Below, one piece after another: positions 12,951 through 26,361 of a stretch of DNA of 64,000 bases. The notes beneath the pieces are model-generated. The model saw only the letters and a program-made list of their open reading frames with translations, did not search any database and was not told where the DNA came from. The DNA is from Blasia pusilla (Eukaryota), in the NCBI GenBank assembly GCA_050084515.1, contig CM114271.1:14818001-14882000 (forward strand), in the 5' to 3' direction. Every line of letters begins with the position of its first letter. The first letter of the stretch is position 1. A program made the translations under genes and the position numbers.

Positions 12951-13939
12951 ACCGAAATTCTCTGACTATGAATACAATCCATATCTTCAAGCGCGAGCCA
13001 TTTCCTCGCGCCCCCACAACCCACCAGTTTCACTTTCCGCCTCCTCAATCTGCCTGTAGCCTGTCTAGCCAACCAATCCTTGTCGGTCCTTCCCACTTAG
13101 GCGTTTCACAGACCTCTTTCTTTCAGAGAGAGTTGGAGTATCGTACTTCTTCACCCTCGACCTCCAAACGCACTACACTTGCAACTCCGTTCGCTTTCCA
13201 CAAGATCGATCCCGACAACAACCAACCAATTCCGACCCAAATCAAACCCAACAGCTATTCCGAAAACCAGAAGACAGGATCGAACAGTGTTCTCCCTCGC
13301 TTCCTTCCACGTCGGAAACCCGCGCTACAACCTGAAAGACACTCGACACTTCCTCCACTCCGCCCTCCAACAACGCCGGCCCGCTCTACATGTTACGACT
13401 CCGTGCTGCGCTCGTCGCTGCCTCCAGTTCCCTACACACGATCTCTCCGTTAACAAAAGCTCCCCCTCGGCGCAGCGCCAGGGTGTTCACGAGGAAGACG
13501 ACTCCCGTGTCTCTACTACTCTTCTGAACTGACACACTCGCCTCGTGCCTCGTTCCGATAGACAACTGCACCAACAATTGGCGTCTGGGTGAGAAGACCA
13601 GAAACGGGCAGAGGAGAGGAGAGGAGAGGAGAGTGGCACAGGGTGAGATGATTTGTGAGAGCGAGGGAGTGTACGCAGCAGCATTCTGTATGCCAAATGA
13701 AGGAGCTTGAGTGTGGGTAGATGGGGCAGGGCCGAGATAAGAGAAAGCCGATAGCTAAAAGCGCTACCCCTGCGAAAAGTGAGCCCTAAATCCCGTTTCC
13801 ACGACCGACAAACGGATGGCAACACGGAGCTTAACAGAACGGACTGGCCAAAGCTGCTGCCCAGTTAAGGGTACGCGAACCCGTGGACCATTTCACACAC
13901 AAGTGCAGGTTTTGCAAGCCGGTAAAGGGCATCCACAAG

Positions 13940-14220
13940 TTACATATCTTTCCCAATGCATATCTTTCCCAAAGGCATAGTGAGTGGCAAGGACTCACGT
14001 GGGAGCCTTCCACAGCCACAGGTAATATGTGGCTCCGCGCATCGAACGTGCTCTACTTTTCTTTTGTGCACGCCACGTATACATAAGCTGCAGCATTTCA
14101 CGTGAATATACCGTACGCTACTTTATCTCTTTTACCTTCCCTCTCGCCTCCTCTCTCGCTTTTTTCTTTTGTCCTCCAGGCTTCCTTGCCCTCGCGGATT
14201 AATCCTTTCCTACGTGGCGT
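13940..14220 (-). promoter_or_regulatory. Putative CDF promoter with G-box/ACGT cluster
   Basis: CACGTG at 13996 and 14099, GCCACGTA at ~14072, TACGTGGC at ~14211, and a direct repeat CATATCTTTCCCAA at 13943 and 13959. A CT-rich leader lies on the minus strand at ~13605-13635. Confidence 0.5.
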
Positions 14221-14849
14221 CCGGTTGCCAGCTCACTTGACCTTTTTAACACCACGTTACCTTTCCGGCTCTGTGCCGGATTGGATGACTCCAGACGTAA
14301 GACATACTGGTGTGGGACCCGTGGCCGGCCGCCGCCATCTGAGCGTCCGAGATTGTCACCGATGGACTCATTCCCGGCTCAGTTAACCCCAGCTTGGATT
14401 AACTCGGGTACCTTTCGGGAACCGGAGGTTCGGTGTTCACACATATCGAAATTTTAATTTATTCATTTCTTACGTCCACATCGTCATACTCATGCGCTAG
14501 CTAAACCTGAATATATATCTGGTTTATCCCACCGATATTACCTTCGGGAATAAGAGGACTATTTAATATCCTAAATCTATATAATGAAAGGAGGACGGGT
14601 TTTGAGGAAACCTCTTCCTAGGCTTCTTTAAGTCTTCTCATGTTGACACGTGTTAAAAAATATTTATCTAAGATGTGTTACACATATTAATTCTAGATAG
14701 ATGCAGAGCGGATCGGAGTGCCAACCTAGTCCGTCGGAGAAGGCCTCCTGCTGGTGAACTGATACGGCATATGAAATGACCTCGGTCACAATGGACAGAA
14801 CAGCATCCTCCCAAGTATGTTGTTCACGGGAATAGGCGGGCTTCACTAA

Positions 14850-14909
14850 GATGCGCGGGTGAAGAACTAAGGTTTCTTCACCCGCGCATCGTACGATCAG
14901 TATACTAGT
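14850..14909 (+). mobile_element. Helitron-like 3' terminus
   Basis: Perfect 17-bp stem GATGCGCGGGTGAAGAA/TTCTTCACCCGCGCATC (14850-14890), a 14-nt spacer, then CTAG followed by T. Confidence 0.55.
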
Positions 14910-14974
14910 CTATATTATTTGACTTCATACTTAAATAAAATAAAAGAAACAATTAATTCAAGGTTTTTGACAAT

Positions 14975-15425
14975 TCTAGTCCCATGCACTTTATGAATTG
15001 GTCCAATTTTCTCCATTGATATGCTTCTTTGGATTGTATTTGACCCATCATTCTCACATGCGATCAATCTCAAGTTAGAGATATAACTTGTCACACCTCT
15101 TTTGAAGCCATAATATCTCTTAGTTAAAAAAAGAAAAGAAAATGAGGCTTCTTAGTTCGCTCCGCTATAAGAACTTTATGAGAATAAAGTTTGATTATCT
15201 ACAAAAATTTGTGTAATGCATTTCTATTACTAAGGGATCACTTTGCAATCCCAAAGCCTAATTTACATATTATTTCATTGCTTCAAAAGGTTAAGGAGGT
15301 GTGACACGTACTACCTCTAACTTGGGATTGAATCGCAAATCAGAATTATGGATCATAGGTATATCCAAAGAAACATGTCAATGAAAAAAATTGGACCACT
15401 TCATAAAGTGCAAGTCTATAGAGAT
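14975..15425. mobile_element. Foldback/MITE-like element with long imperfect inverted arms
   Basis: About 14975-15110 is the reverse complement of about 15278-15425, e.g. TGCACTTTATGAATTGGTCCAATTTT vs AAAATTGGACCACTTCATAAAGTGCA. Confidence 0.75.
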
Positions 15426-16407
15426 TATAAAATAAAATAAGTGATTCAGCATACATTTTGACATATGAATCTATTTTATTTTTATTGGTCCCACTATTTG
15501 TATTTCCACGCGGCCTCTTTTCTACTTGCCAACCTTGTGAAGGATGCTCCACATACAATGAGACCAACAAAAGCTTATCTCTTTCCTAGTAGTCTCGCTA
15601 GTTGTTAATATTAACACAATACGCTTATTGCATGCAAGTCCAATAATTATTCAAACCCAAAATAAATTTTTTTGAATTCATTCTTATAGTTGAGTGTAAG
15701 ATTTGTTCATGATCTTCATTCACATCATCCTTTTTGTTGTCCAACTTTACATGTGAATAACCTAACAAGTTAATTATATGTATAACATAACCATCATGTG
15801 ATGCTTGAAAGAAATAAATTGTGCTAGTTTCATAATAGGGATATAAATCTAACAACTTATTGTTGAACGTTGCTCGATCTTCTTGCCTCTCACTATGCAA
15901 GCATGGAACATGGGTCATTCATCCCTTATAGAAACTACTAATCTTACAAGACCTAAATTCCCATACAAAGGCGTATATAGAAGAGAACTAGCTTACATGA
16001 GTAATGTGGGTAAGAATATGCATAATATTAATTATAATGTCTTTATACGTATGCAAACTTAGGGGAATTCTTGCCCTATAATCCATACAAAGACATGTCA
16101 CTCTAAATGTTATTATATAAAATAAAGAAAGTTATCTTGAACTTGGGCATATAAAAAATTACCCTAAAAATTCAAGTTGATTCCTTTTACACCTTAATGG
16201 AATCTTAAGAAATTAAATTGATTTCTAAATAGTCACTTAATTGGTAAAGATGTCGATGAATTGCTAGCATGTACTCATATACATAAGCTCTACTTTACAC
16301 GTTAAGATTTCATCGTCTCATGAAATGAGAAAGAACTTCAATATGTTTTAGTTAAATATTAGGGAGTTTCGTGTGCTATACGCAAGACAAGGACATTCAA
16401 AAAAATT

Positions 16408-16444
<37 letters not shown>

Positions 16445-19400
16445 CTTCCTTAACCTCTCCTTGCCCTTTTTTCTTCCCATGTCACATGTTAGCAAAAGAG
16501 GACTCTTCAATAGACAAGTATCGGCATCAAGAGGAGGGATTCAATAAACCCATCCTCTTACAATAATATAGCTTTTTTTTTTTAAGGTTATTGGTATTAT
16601 TTGTATGTATGAAAATTAAATCCAACTTTTCTTGATGTATGTTCATAAGAAAAGTGTTTAACCAAATAGATTCACATGTTATCATGGTTGCTCTTTTGTA
16701 TTCGACTTTTCTGATAATAAGTGAGCAATTGATGTTTCTTATAAGCCCAACTTACTACATTGCTTCTAAATCCAGTTAAATACTTAACAGTTTATCTTAC
16801 TTCACGGGCGCTGTCTGCCTAATATGTGTTGTTATATCCTTATAACTCATATGGATAAGACTATGAGTATTGAATTCCAAATCAATTGCAAAAGTCATAC
16901 ACTTAAAAGTCATCTGAAGTCATCTGACTAGGTCATTACCTTAAGAATGTCATAATCAAAATATTACCTTCATTTATGACATTGAGGTCAATCCTTGCAT
17001 TGTCAAAGGCACAACAATGTGGGTTTTCAATCCCTTTTCCTTACTTATCACATTTGGGCAAGAATATATTTTGAACATACAAGACAATGAAGGAATGTTT
17101 TTCAATGTTATCTCTCTAAAATGAAAGTCGATTCAAGCATCACTCATACTTAATACCCAATCTCCCTTATGGTATCGCGTCTTACCATACCAAATCCTTC
17201 TTTAGCATCCAAACAGTATATGTTATCACATAGGGTGTATCGATATCACTATTTTTTATGGAATTTATGATTCTACGTTTGTTTTAGCTACAGGGTTTCA
17301 TGGTTGTGCGACTTGAAGGACATAAGATAATGCGTATAGCTCACCGGAAAATACCAAATTGAGAATATTTATGCAGTGGTACTATCACGATAATACCGCA
17401 AATTCCGTACTTGACCCATTGTAACTACCATTACTCTCATACATACTACTATTACATAATATTACTACCATATATATCCAACCTTATAATCATAATCGAT
17501 GCCATTTTATGTATAAGGGAGCAATCCTTGCTTTTCCAACCAAGGCCATATACCCTCTTTTCTCCTACGTCCTCCACCATAACATTAAGATAATGGAATT
17601 TTCCAGTAATAGAAAGTCTCAATCCTAAGGATAAAAAAATTATAAGTTATATACAACAACTTCCTTCTTTTGCTCCATCTTCCCATCCAATTCATAATGC
17701 CTCAATTAAATATATCCATTTTATTATAAACCCCAAAAGAAAGGTAATAACATCTAAAAGAGGAGTCAAAAAATGCATAATGGAATGCAGAAAGAAATGG
17801 CAACTAGCCAACGCAAACACCGACTCAACAAGCTACACAATTGAAAGCGTGAAACAAATTTGACTAGAACACGAGTGGTTACCACTTTAAATTGTTAGGT
17901 GAAACGTGCAAAATGAAACAAGCAAATCAATCTTGGAATAAGTCTTTCTAATTATAGACATCAAACATATTGATTTTGAACTCTACATAACATTAATACA
18001 AGCATAAAGATTATACATGGATTATAACCCCCATTTAATAGTCAACCTTAAATTATTACAAATTAAGCTCTATAATTACCTATTACTCATTATCTACTTC
18101 CATAATCTCCTATTCTAAAATTATCTTCTATTTAGCTAATTCTTTATATCTTTTTGTATTTATCTTATCCTTTATCTACCCTTCTTCGCAATACTATGAA
18201 GTTTTTGTAGTCTATCTTATCCCACGTCTTCACCGTATCCCCCATATAACCCTTGGTATCTCTTTGCATTCCCTTGTATCCTTCCGTTATACTTTCTTAC
18301 CTATTATATGTTGTAAGAATAAGTTGACAATAATCATGTCTACAAATGATCCTCTAGAAAGTAAAGAAGGAAACTAAAAAAATAGGACTTTAGAAAACAC
18401 CAAAGTAAGAACTAAAATATCATGGTATTGGGAGTTAACTCAAATTATAAGGCTTTTTTAATCTCTTACGAGCGAACATGCATTCAAGAAAATCCATAAA
18501 AAAAAATCAAATTATCTCCAAAAATTTGAAATTAACTCTTGAAGTACCTTAAAGTTTTGGCATGATCTTGTGATTAGTCTTAATATTTCTTAATTTATAT
18601 TTGGAAATGAAAATTTATCTTGGATTTTCAACAACTAAAATATTTTAGATATATGTTTTTATAAGAATAAAATTATGATAAATTTTTATTTTTCAACAAG
18701 TAGGATTTTGAGATGGAAATTTGAGCTATACATCCTTTAAAAAAGCCATAAAGATATAATGCATGGATATAGTATTCAAATTTATTCGCACTCTATACAT
18801 ATGGAATTTAATCATTTTGAGGCTAAACTTTCCATTATATAATCTAATCATATGATGAGTGTATTTTCATCTAATTGAAAATCATATGATGTAACACGGT
18901 ACATCATAGGATCAACGTATTCTACATTACTTTCAAGTTTCTAGTTATTATTTTATATTCTGTGGATATGAGAATGGTGTAAACTATATAGTGACATATA
19001 TGCACACAATTTATTTACTCTTATATTATGCATCAATAAATTAATGATTTGTATCCTTAGGAAAAGAGTCTTATCTTTGGAAGAACAATAGAATTTGAGT
19101 CTATTATCAATGAAAATTTTAATATAATCTAGTATCTGAAAAATAAATTTCATGATCTCGAGGATTATATCCATTCGGAATCTATGTTGGATAAATTTAT
19201 GATACTTTATTGTCATATTATTTATGAAGTTTTGGTTTCATTACTAGTAATAAGAAAATAATAAGAAATAAATATAATATTATACCAAAAGTATACTCGA
19301 TATACCTGAATTTAGAATATATTCACCATAATGGTAGTGAATATCATATTTGATAATATGGGGATGTAATCGATACCTAGTGAATGAAAATTAATATTTA

Positions 19401-22356
19401 TACTTTGCCGCAAAGTTGGGATTGTGGGCAATAGAACTAATTGCATACATTCAAAATACCTCTTAGCATCGACTTAAAATCAGTTTTTATGATCTCTTTC
19501 GCACAAATAAAGGTAGATGGGGCTCACATAAAATTTTCCCACATGATACAAATCCTCCTTTATATTTTCTATCTTGATAAAATTAGAGTAAAAACGTAAG
19601 AAAATCCCATATTAAAATTTACAACATGTAAGGTATAGTTTGCAATAAAGTAAATCATGGAAAATTGGAAGATTACTTAGAAATATATTTTGAATAAATG
19701 CAATTTTTATATGTTTGAAGTATTCGATACTATGATTGTTAAAGGTACTAAAGTTTATAATTGATTCTATCTTGATATTTTAAATTAATCATGAATTGTA
19801 GGCTCACAATTTATATCTTTCACATTTATATGCGATCATAATTAGAAGACTACTTGTTCTTAATCATATACCGAATATCCTTAAGGAAGTGAAATATGTA
19901 GTCTTCCATGCAGATTTTGTTAATGTAGGAGTTCTTTCCAAATTAGAGTATTTTTTTCTATTTATAAGTAAGATCTATAATATTCTAAAGTGCAACCTTT
20001 TTCTAATACTATTTTCTATAAAAAACCAAATATTTGTATTTATTCTCAATATATAAGAATAAGAAAACATATTTTATGTAAAATTTGATAAATATATGTA
20101 TATGAATGAAAGTACTTAAGTTAAAATATAGTATTTAAAAAAAAACTTAGAATACTAATGGGAAACGATAAACAAGAAAGGCGTTTTAGTTCTAATATTG
20201 AAGATATAATATAGAATAATTTAATAGCATAACTTTCCATAATGATTATGGATTTTAAAACATGTTCTCATCCTTAGTTCTATATAGTTAAGTTTAAACA
20301 CCTCAATTACGTCATGATATGTTGTTATTGGAAAAAGAAGGAGTTTCTTATATCAAACTAAACTTGATGTTAACAATACCAACGATCCTTATTGAAAGAA
20401 TTATCGCATATATTGATAATAATTATAAATACAACTAGCGTGGCGGCCCCAAAAGGAGGTCTTATTATTAATAAGAATACCATTTGAATAAGTTCACAAT
20501 ACTAATACAAACCTTTGGGTTGAACTACACGGAGAACGCAAGAGGTATTTTCTCCTTGTTGTGTTAGCTTTACTTTGCCGTCCATGGGTGCGCCACAAAC
20601 GGTAAAAGAGCATGGGTGGAGTAAAAGGTTGTAATGGTATACATGTCATGCATGTTGCTCCTTGTCCCATGTGAAGGAGCGAAGAGTAGCATGTCTAAGG
20701 AAGAGTGTGCCCAAGGTTGGGACAGTTATTTTGAATCGGTCCACATATAGTTTAGTATGTGTTTATTCGGTTTTTGGAAATGCGTCTAAGGGTTTTCATC
20801 GTGTTTGGATGTTTTCCCCTGAACCCCTCGATGGAGTTCAACCCATACAAACTTATGGATTAAGCTATACCAAATAAACTATAAAATTTTTAAAAATACA
20901 TTAAGTTTGATATATATTCCATCTTAAGGCCATCCGTGAAAAAATAGGAGGACATACAATAAAATGCTAATATAAAAAGAAAATTAATAACTTGCATTGA
21001 ATAAAAAAACAAATGTTGTATTGAAATAACATACGATAAACCACCTACACGGTGCAAATGTCATAATAGCTAACCTAATCCAAAGTGCAAAATGCCATAA
21101 TAGCTTATCCGAAACATAGTGCAATGACGGGCTACGGAACGGTTCACCAATATGCTAAAGGTGAGTTTTATGTAAGAAGAACACAAGAAGACGCACTAGA
21201 GGATTCAATACAAGAAGCCAAATCCGTTGGTTACACCAGAAGGAATCGATACGAACCCGCGCAACATATAAGAGTTATTAGGAATATATAAAGACGGTTA
21301 TACACATTGTCAAAGCCAAACCTATAAATTATTCATCCAATAATATTTCTCCTCGTCATAGTATGGATACGCTCAAGCATTGTGGTACAATTGTAGAAAA
21401 TATTGTGTTATGCACGCACTTGGAAAGAAACCGCAAAATACGGGCTAGGCTGGGCCGTAAATATCCTTGATATTGTAAAGTACATTTGCTCAATTAGTGC
21501 AAGTAATCCCTATTTTTCCAAATTATCTTTGTTTGGTTTGTTAGACTAAAATGATACTTCCATTATTTTCGGCATATATTCCAACAATATAATACAACAT
21601 TTATAGTGTGATCATAAGATGCACAACAATCTAGTCATATAAGGTTTGAAAACCAAAACTAGATGTGATACCTTGGTCAAATAATACCTTTTTATAGTTT
21701 GAGAAAATGACACAACATTTGGTCAAAAGATCCATATGCCATTCATTTACTCTTTTGATTAAGAAACATGATTAAATTCATCCAAATGGATAAGCGCTAT
21801 ATCAAGACCAACACAAACTCATTATGGAATCGTGTCCACGATGAAGATTCTACAAAATGCAAATATAAAATAAAAAAATACTCTAACGCACACAAGAGTT
21901 GTGAAGGAATATTGAACAATGTCTGCACTCTATCACATACTATCGATGTGGATATAAGTTATCGTACCTTGATATATACACTCCTCAAGCAAATCAGTGT
22001 GAAGTTAAGTATGCCGATTTGATTAGCAACAAAAAGAGATTTTTTGTTGTTATATATTGGATGGGAAGCGATTTAACTAGAGTTGAACAAAAGTTTATAA
22101 ATTTTCGTAGAAAGTTTTGTTTGACTTTGTGAGTATTGCAACAAGGAGACACTACCATTGTCATTTTCCTTTTAAGGCAATTTGTCATAAAATGCCTCTA
22201 CAAGAGTTTATCCACCAAGGAGTCCAAGTACAATTGATATTTAAACTCATCTTTAAAAATAAATCAAAATTTCCATCCTTGGATTTAGGGCAACTCCGCT
22301 AAAAGTGCCTAGTATTTTGTAAAATTACGAAAAAAATCTTTTGAAAACATCAAGAT

Positions 22357-22424
22357 ACTAGTTTGTGCCCACGAGGGGGCGTATATGCACACGACCGGTC
22401 TGTCATGTGCATATACGCCCCCTC
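22357..22424 (-). mobile_element. Helitron-like 3' terminus
   Basis: Perfect 19-bp stem GAGGGGGCGTATATGCACA/TGTGCATATACGCCCCCTC (22373-22424). On the minus strand an 11-nt spacer follows, then CTAG and T. Confidence 0.6.
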
Positions 22425-25400
22425 TTGAAATACACATAGAATTTATAGGATTTGTGATAGGCGTCGTGTTCTACGGATGCACCATGCAATAACCATTCCG
22501 CAAATTATAGCAGAAATATTTCCACTACCAAACTAAGCTTTCTTCTTACTATACAAACTATTATTCTTATGTGGAATGCCCAATTTGATTGGATTTTTGA
22601 CTATTTAGAAGTCTCTCCCGTCCACCCCTAGAATTTGGAAATCATTAAACTATATTCACGGAACCTCCTCCGGAAACTAAACTAATATGGAAGCTTATTT
22701 TCGATAAAATAAGAAATTATTCAAACGGTTAAATTTCACTCTCCTGCTTGTACAATTTTATTCCAGGATTGTATATAATAAGAGAAAATGTGCTAAACCC
22801 CATCCATTAAAATAATGCATCGTTGAAAACTTTAATTAATGGTAAAGTTTCACTACTGATTCAAAGATTAAAGAATTACACAAATCGCACATGCCAAATT
22901 AGACAGTCACGTATTAAAATTAATAAAAGGTTCGGGGAACTTATTGCGTTCCTAAGGAGGAAAACTGCCAATGTACGAGCACCTAACGAAGTCCGGGCAG
23001 CACTACTAGTAAATAAGGGCAAAAATAATAAGTAGGAATGACGAAGATTCCTGGGTCTACCGGCAATCATCCGTGCCGCCCATCACGTCCGTGGCCCTCG
23101 CGAGCTACAAGCCTACATATTGGGCAACTCCGCCGAATATCCATTCCGTCCATCCCGAAGATGATTGCGAAGTACAGAACAGCATTTACGGTGACTGAGA
23201 TAATGCGCAACCACATCATTCCCTCCCTCCATCTACTTTACTTTACTGGCATCCTCTCGAAGGTGACTAGGACAAGGAAAAGCAGACTCGTCATCCCAGG
23301 ACGTGACACCACATACCTGTCTGATCGCTAAAAGATCTTAGATGGTGGATCGAGTTCGTACCGTACTTTCCCCCTCCTCGGCATCTTTATCTCCTCCTCA
23401 CTTTAATTCAAACCACAGTGTCATCTTTCTGTTTCTCTTCTTTTTCTTTTCGAGACTTATTAACGGTCAGTCAAATCAAAAGAACGAACCTGGCCTGGCC
23501 GAAGAGGCGGGGGACGGGGGAAAAACATTCGCATCCGATTCCAACGGGTCACGTAATAAAATAAACGGGCATCTTTCTTTTGCTTCATTAATCCCAAACC
23601 CACGATTCCACATTAAGTGTGGGGTCGTCTATTGGGACATTTTCTTTCCCTACTTTTCCAATTATTTGTTCTTTTCTTTTTCTCCTTTTCCCGTACTAAT
23701 CGGAAGGGGTCTTTTTTTTTTTTTTTCCAAAATTTAGGCTGGCATTTTATTATGTTTTATGACGTTTAAAGCCATGGGAGCAGTGTATGAACATCTCGAT
23801 AATTTTCTTGGATGTCGTTTATTTTCTTCCGACTTGAGAATTTGATTTGTTCATTTGTTATTGTCGGATTTTTTTCCCCATGTGTAACAGTTTTCTGGTT
23901 CAATTTTAGCTGTCGAAGAATCCCATGGCCTTTTTCCTTGGTGAAGCTTTTTGTGCATGGCGAAAAGGTTTCGACAAGCACCCTTGTACAAGGGAATTAA
24001 ACTAGTTTCGTTACTCAACCTTTTACATAGTGCCACCTATCCGTGCTAGATTTTGTGGCTTCCTTGGTGAGTCTCGTGACATGAGGTCGGAAACGTCTAA
24101 GAATACACTAAACTCAAAACTCGTGTTGCTTTTCCAATTAGCCAGGTCCATAATTACCTCGAGATCTCACTATGAATCGTAAACTTCAAACCCAAACCCT
24201 AAAGTACTAGGTTTGGCAAATAACCTAGAGTAATATATGCCCCTACACATGCCCTATGGAGGTAGTTTTAAAACGATTTTTGCATATATGCATGGAATTA
24301 GTCACATGAATACATTATATGTAGTTTTTGCACTATCGGGATAAAACGACGAGATTTTAAACTATGAGAGATTTTGTATGTGGAGTTGGCCCTACTATAA
24401 GGTCAACTTTTTGGGCCATAATTGACGTGGCCCCCGCCTCAATAGGCTTCTGAATAGATGGAACAAAAGTTACTAATGTGAAAATCCGGACTTGTAAGAC
24501 TTTTTGTGTTTCTTCAAAAAATTATTCTCACTTCTATCCTTTATTTATTTAAGAGAGCAAAATAGATTTTGACGTATTCAATAACAAATGGTTATTTTTA
24601 AATGTCATGTTTAAATTATTTTTAAACATAGTGGAAATGAAGGAGTTGAAAAAAACCACTCCGCGTTATTGGGTCCTTGTAAAAAAAAAGGAAAGGCATG
24701 ATTGTTTCAAATGAACTATTTAATGGGGAACCTATGCTTCCCCATTAATATTCTTTCATAGCTAAGCGGATTAAGATTGTAAACCATCTACAACACTGTT
24801 GGTGATGGGTTTAGGAGATGTTCCATGGACATCATGTGTCGGTTTTTTGTGAGATAGTCACTAAATCGTGTCATGAATATTAGCTTATAAATCCCGAAAA
24901 AAATCAGGATGATTTTTACAGTAAGATTATATATTTATATTTATATATATGGATTTTTCTATATCATTTTTTCCTGCAATGCATGACTCATCATTCTCAT
25001 TAATACATGAGCAAATTATATTGATAAGTGATCATTAAACTTCTCTCTTCACTTTTTTAATTTGGATAATGCACCATTTTATATTTTAATAGATATTATT
25101 TATTATTACAAGATTTTTTTAATATAACAATGCATACGTAAATATAGTTTTTCTTGATTTTTTTTCACTTCCAACATAGTTCATTTAAAGAATTAAAATG
25201 ACACTTAATTGGTTGGAAGATCAACACAATTTTCTTCATAACAATATGCTTTTTGTATTCTCTACTACTTCTATCTAACTCCCATAGCATAGATTAGCTA
25301 TTAAGACAAACAAAAAATTGTCATAGGACATACAAAAGTTCACACATAGAATGTATTTGCCTACAATGTTCTAACGTAAGGGTCATTATATTGAATGAAT

Positions 25401-25559
25401 AGAGAAAAGTAATAAATTGATCAAGACATATACGATAGATGGGGTATGCTCAAAGAAATTTGTATCATAAGTGTAGATTATTTGAGATTTAAACATCCCT
25501 CATTAATCTAAATTTAAATAGCAATATATATGCATCAATTGAGTGAATATGTATGTATG

Positions 25560-25687
25560 TATGTATGTATATCACTAGTCTTTGAAGAATTTCTATGAAC
25601 TATGAAGCTATCTGAAGTCAAATATGTATGTATCTCACTAATCTTTGAAGAATTTCCATGAACAAAAAAGCTATCTAAAGTCAAATA
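25560..25687. repeat. Tandem duplication, ~63-bp unit
   Basis: TATGTATGTAT.TCACTA.TCTTTGAAGAATTTC.ATGAAC....AAGCTATCT.AAGTCAAATA is present twice. Confidence 0.85.
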
Positions 25688-26035
25688 CACATTTGTCCCT
25701 TAAAGCATCATTACGTAACATAGGTAAATTAATCGCAAATATGATTTACAACCTCAAGCCTAGATGATATGTGATTTATGTTTGCAAAAAGCTATCTAAA
25801 CTCTTTTGTGAACACCAATATAAATGAGGATTGTGGTTGAACTCCAGCAAATCCATACAACATCCATTGCAAGCAAGGTACTACCGCCAAAATCAGAAAA
25901 AAAATATTATCAATATTGGAAAGAGGGCACAATTATGCACATAATTCATCTAAACCATAACATCATGCTTCTCGAAAGAAGAACGCCAGATGAAAAAATC
26001 TTGCGTACCTTCAAAATAGTGCATCTACCCATTGC

Positions 26036-26361
26036 TATGCTTGCACAAAAATGGGCAAGTATGTCCCTGGGATGGACATGGACGAAAAAAATTCAACATG
26101 TCCACGGACATATAGTGTAAAAGATGGAGCCCACACTTTATAGTTCATGGTAGAAGGCAAGCCAAGGACTAGCATGGCAATAAGGGAGAAGGAAGTGGAG
26201 GTGGGAGGAGGAAGAAATGAGAAAGTGCGGATCACAAAGGCAAGAGGGGGATGAGAAAGAAGGGGGAGATGGGGCCCACATGGATAAGTCCTATAGGACA
26301 AACGTAAGTCCACACATATAGACATGTCCGCGCACACAAACTTTGTCCATATGCAACATTA
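26036..26361 (-). mobile_element. Older copy of the 330-bp TIR MITE found at 38375
   Basis: The reverse complement aligns along its length with 38375-38704. TIRs are decayed (TATGCTTGCA...TGCAACATTA). No TSD visible. Confidence 0.8.

Noticed and set aside
15500-22300. AT-rich stretch suspected of being a decayed Helitron, DNA transposon or viral remnant
   Set aside because: No diagnostic motif could be recovered by eye in the frames I translated.
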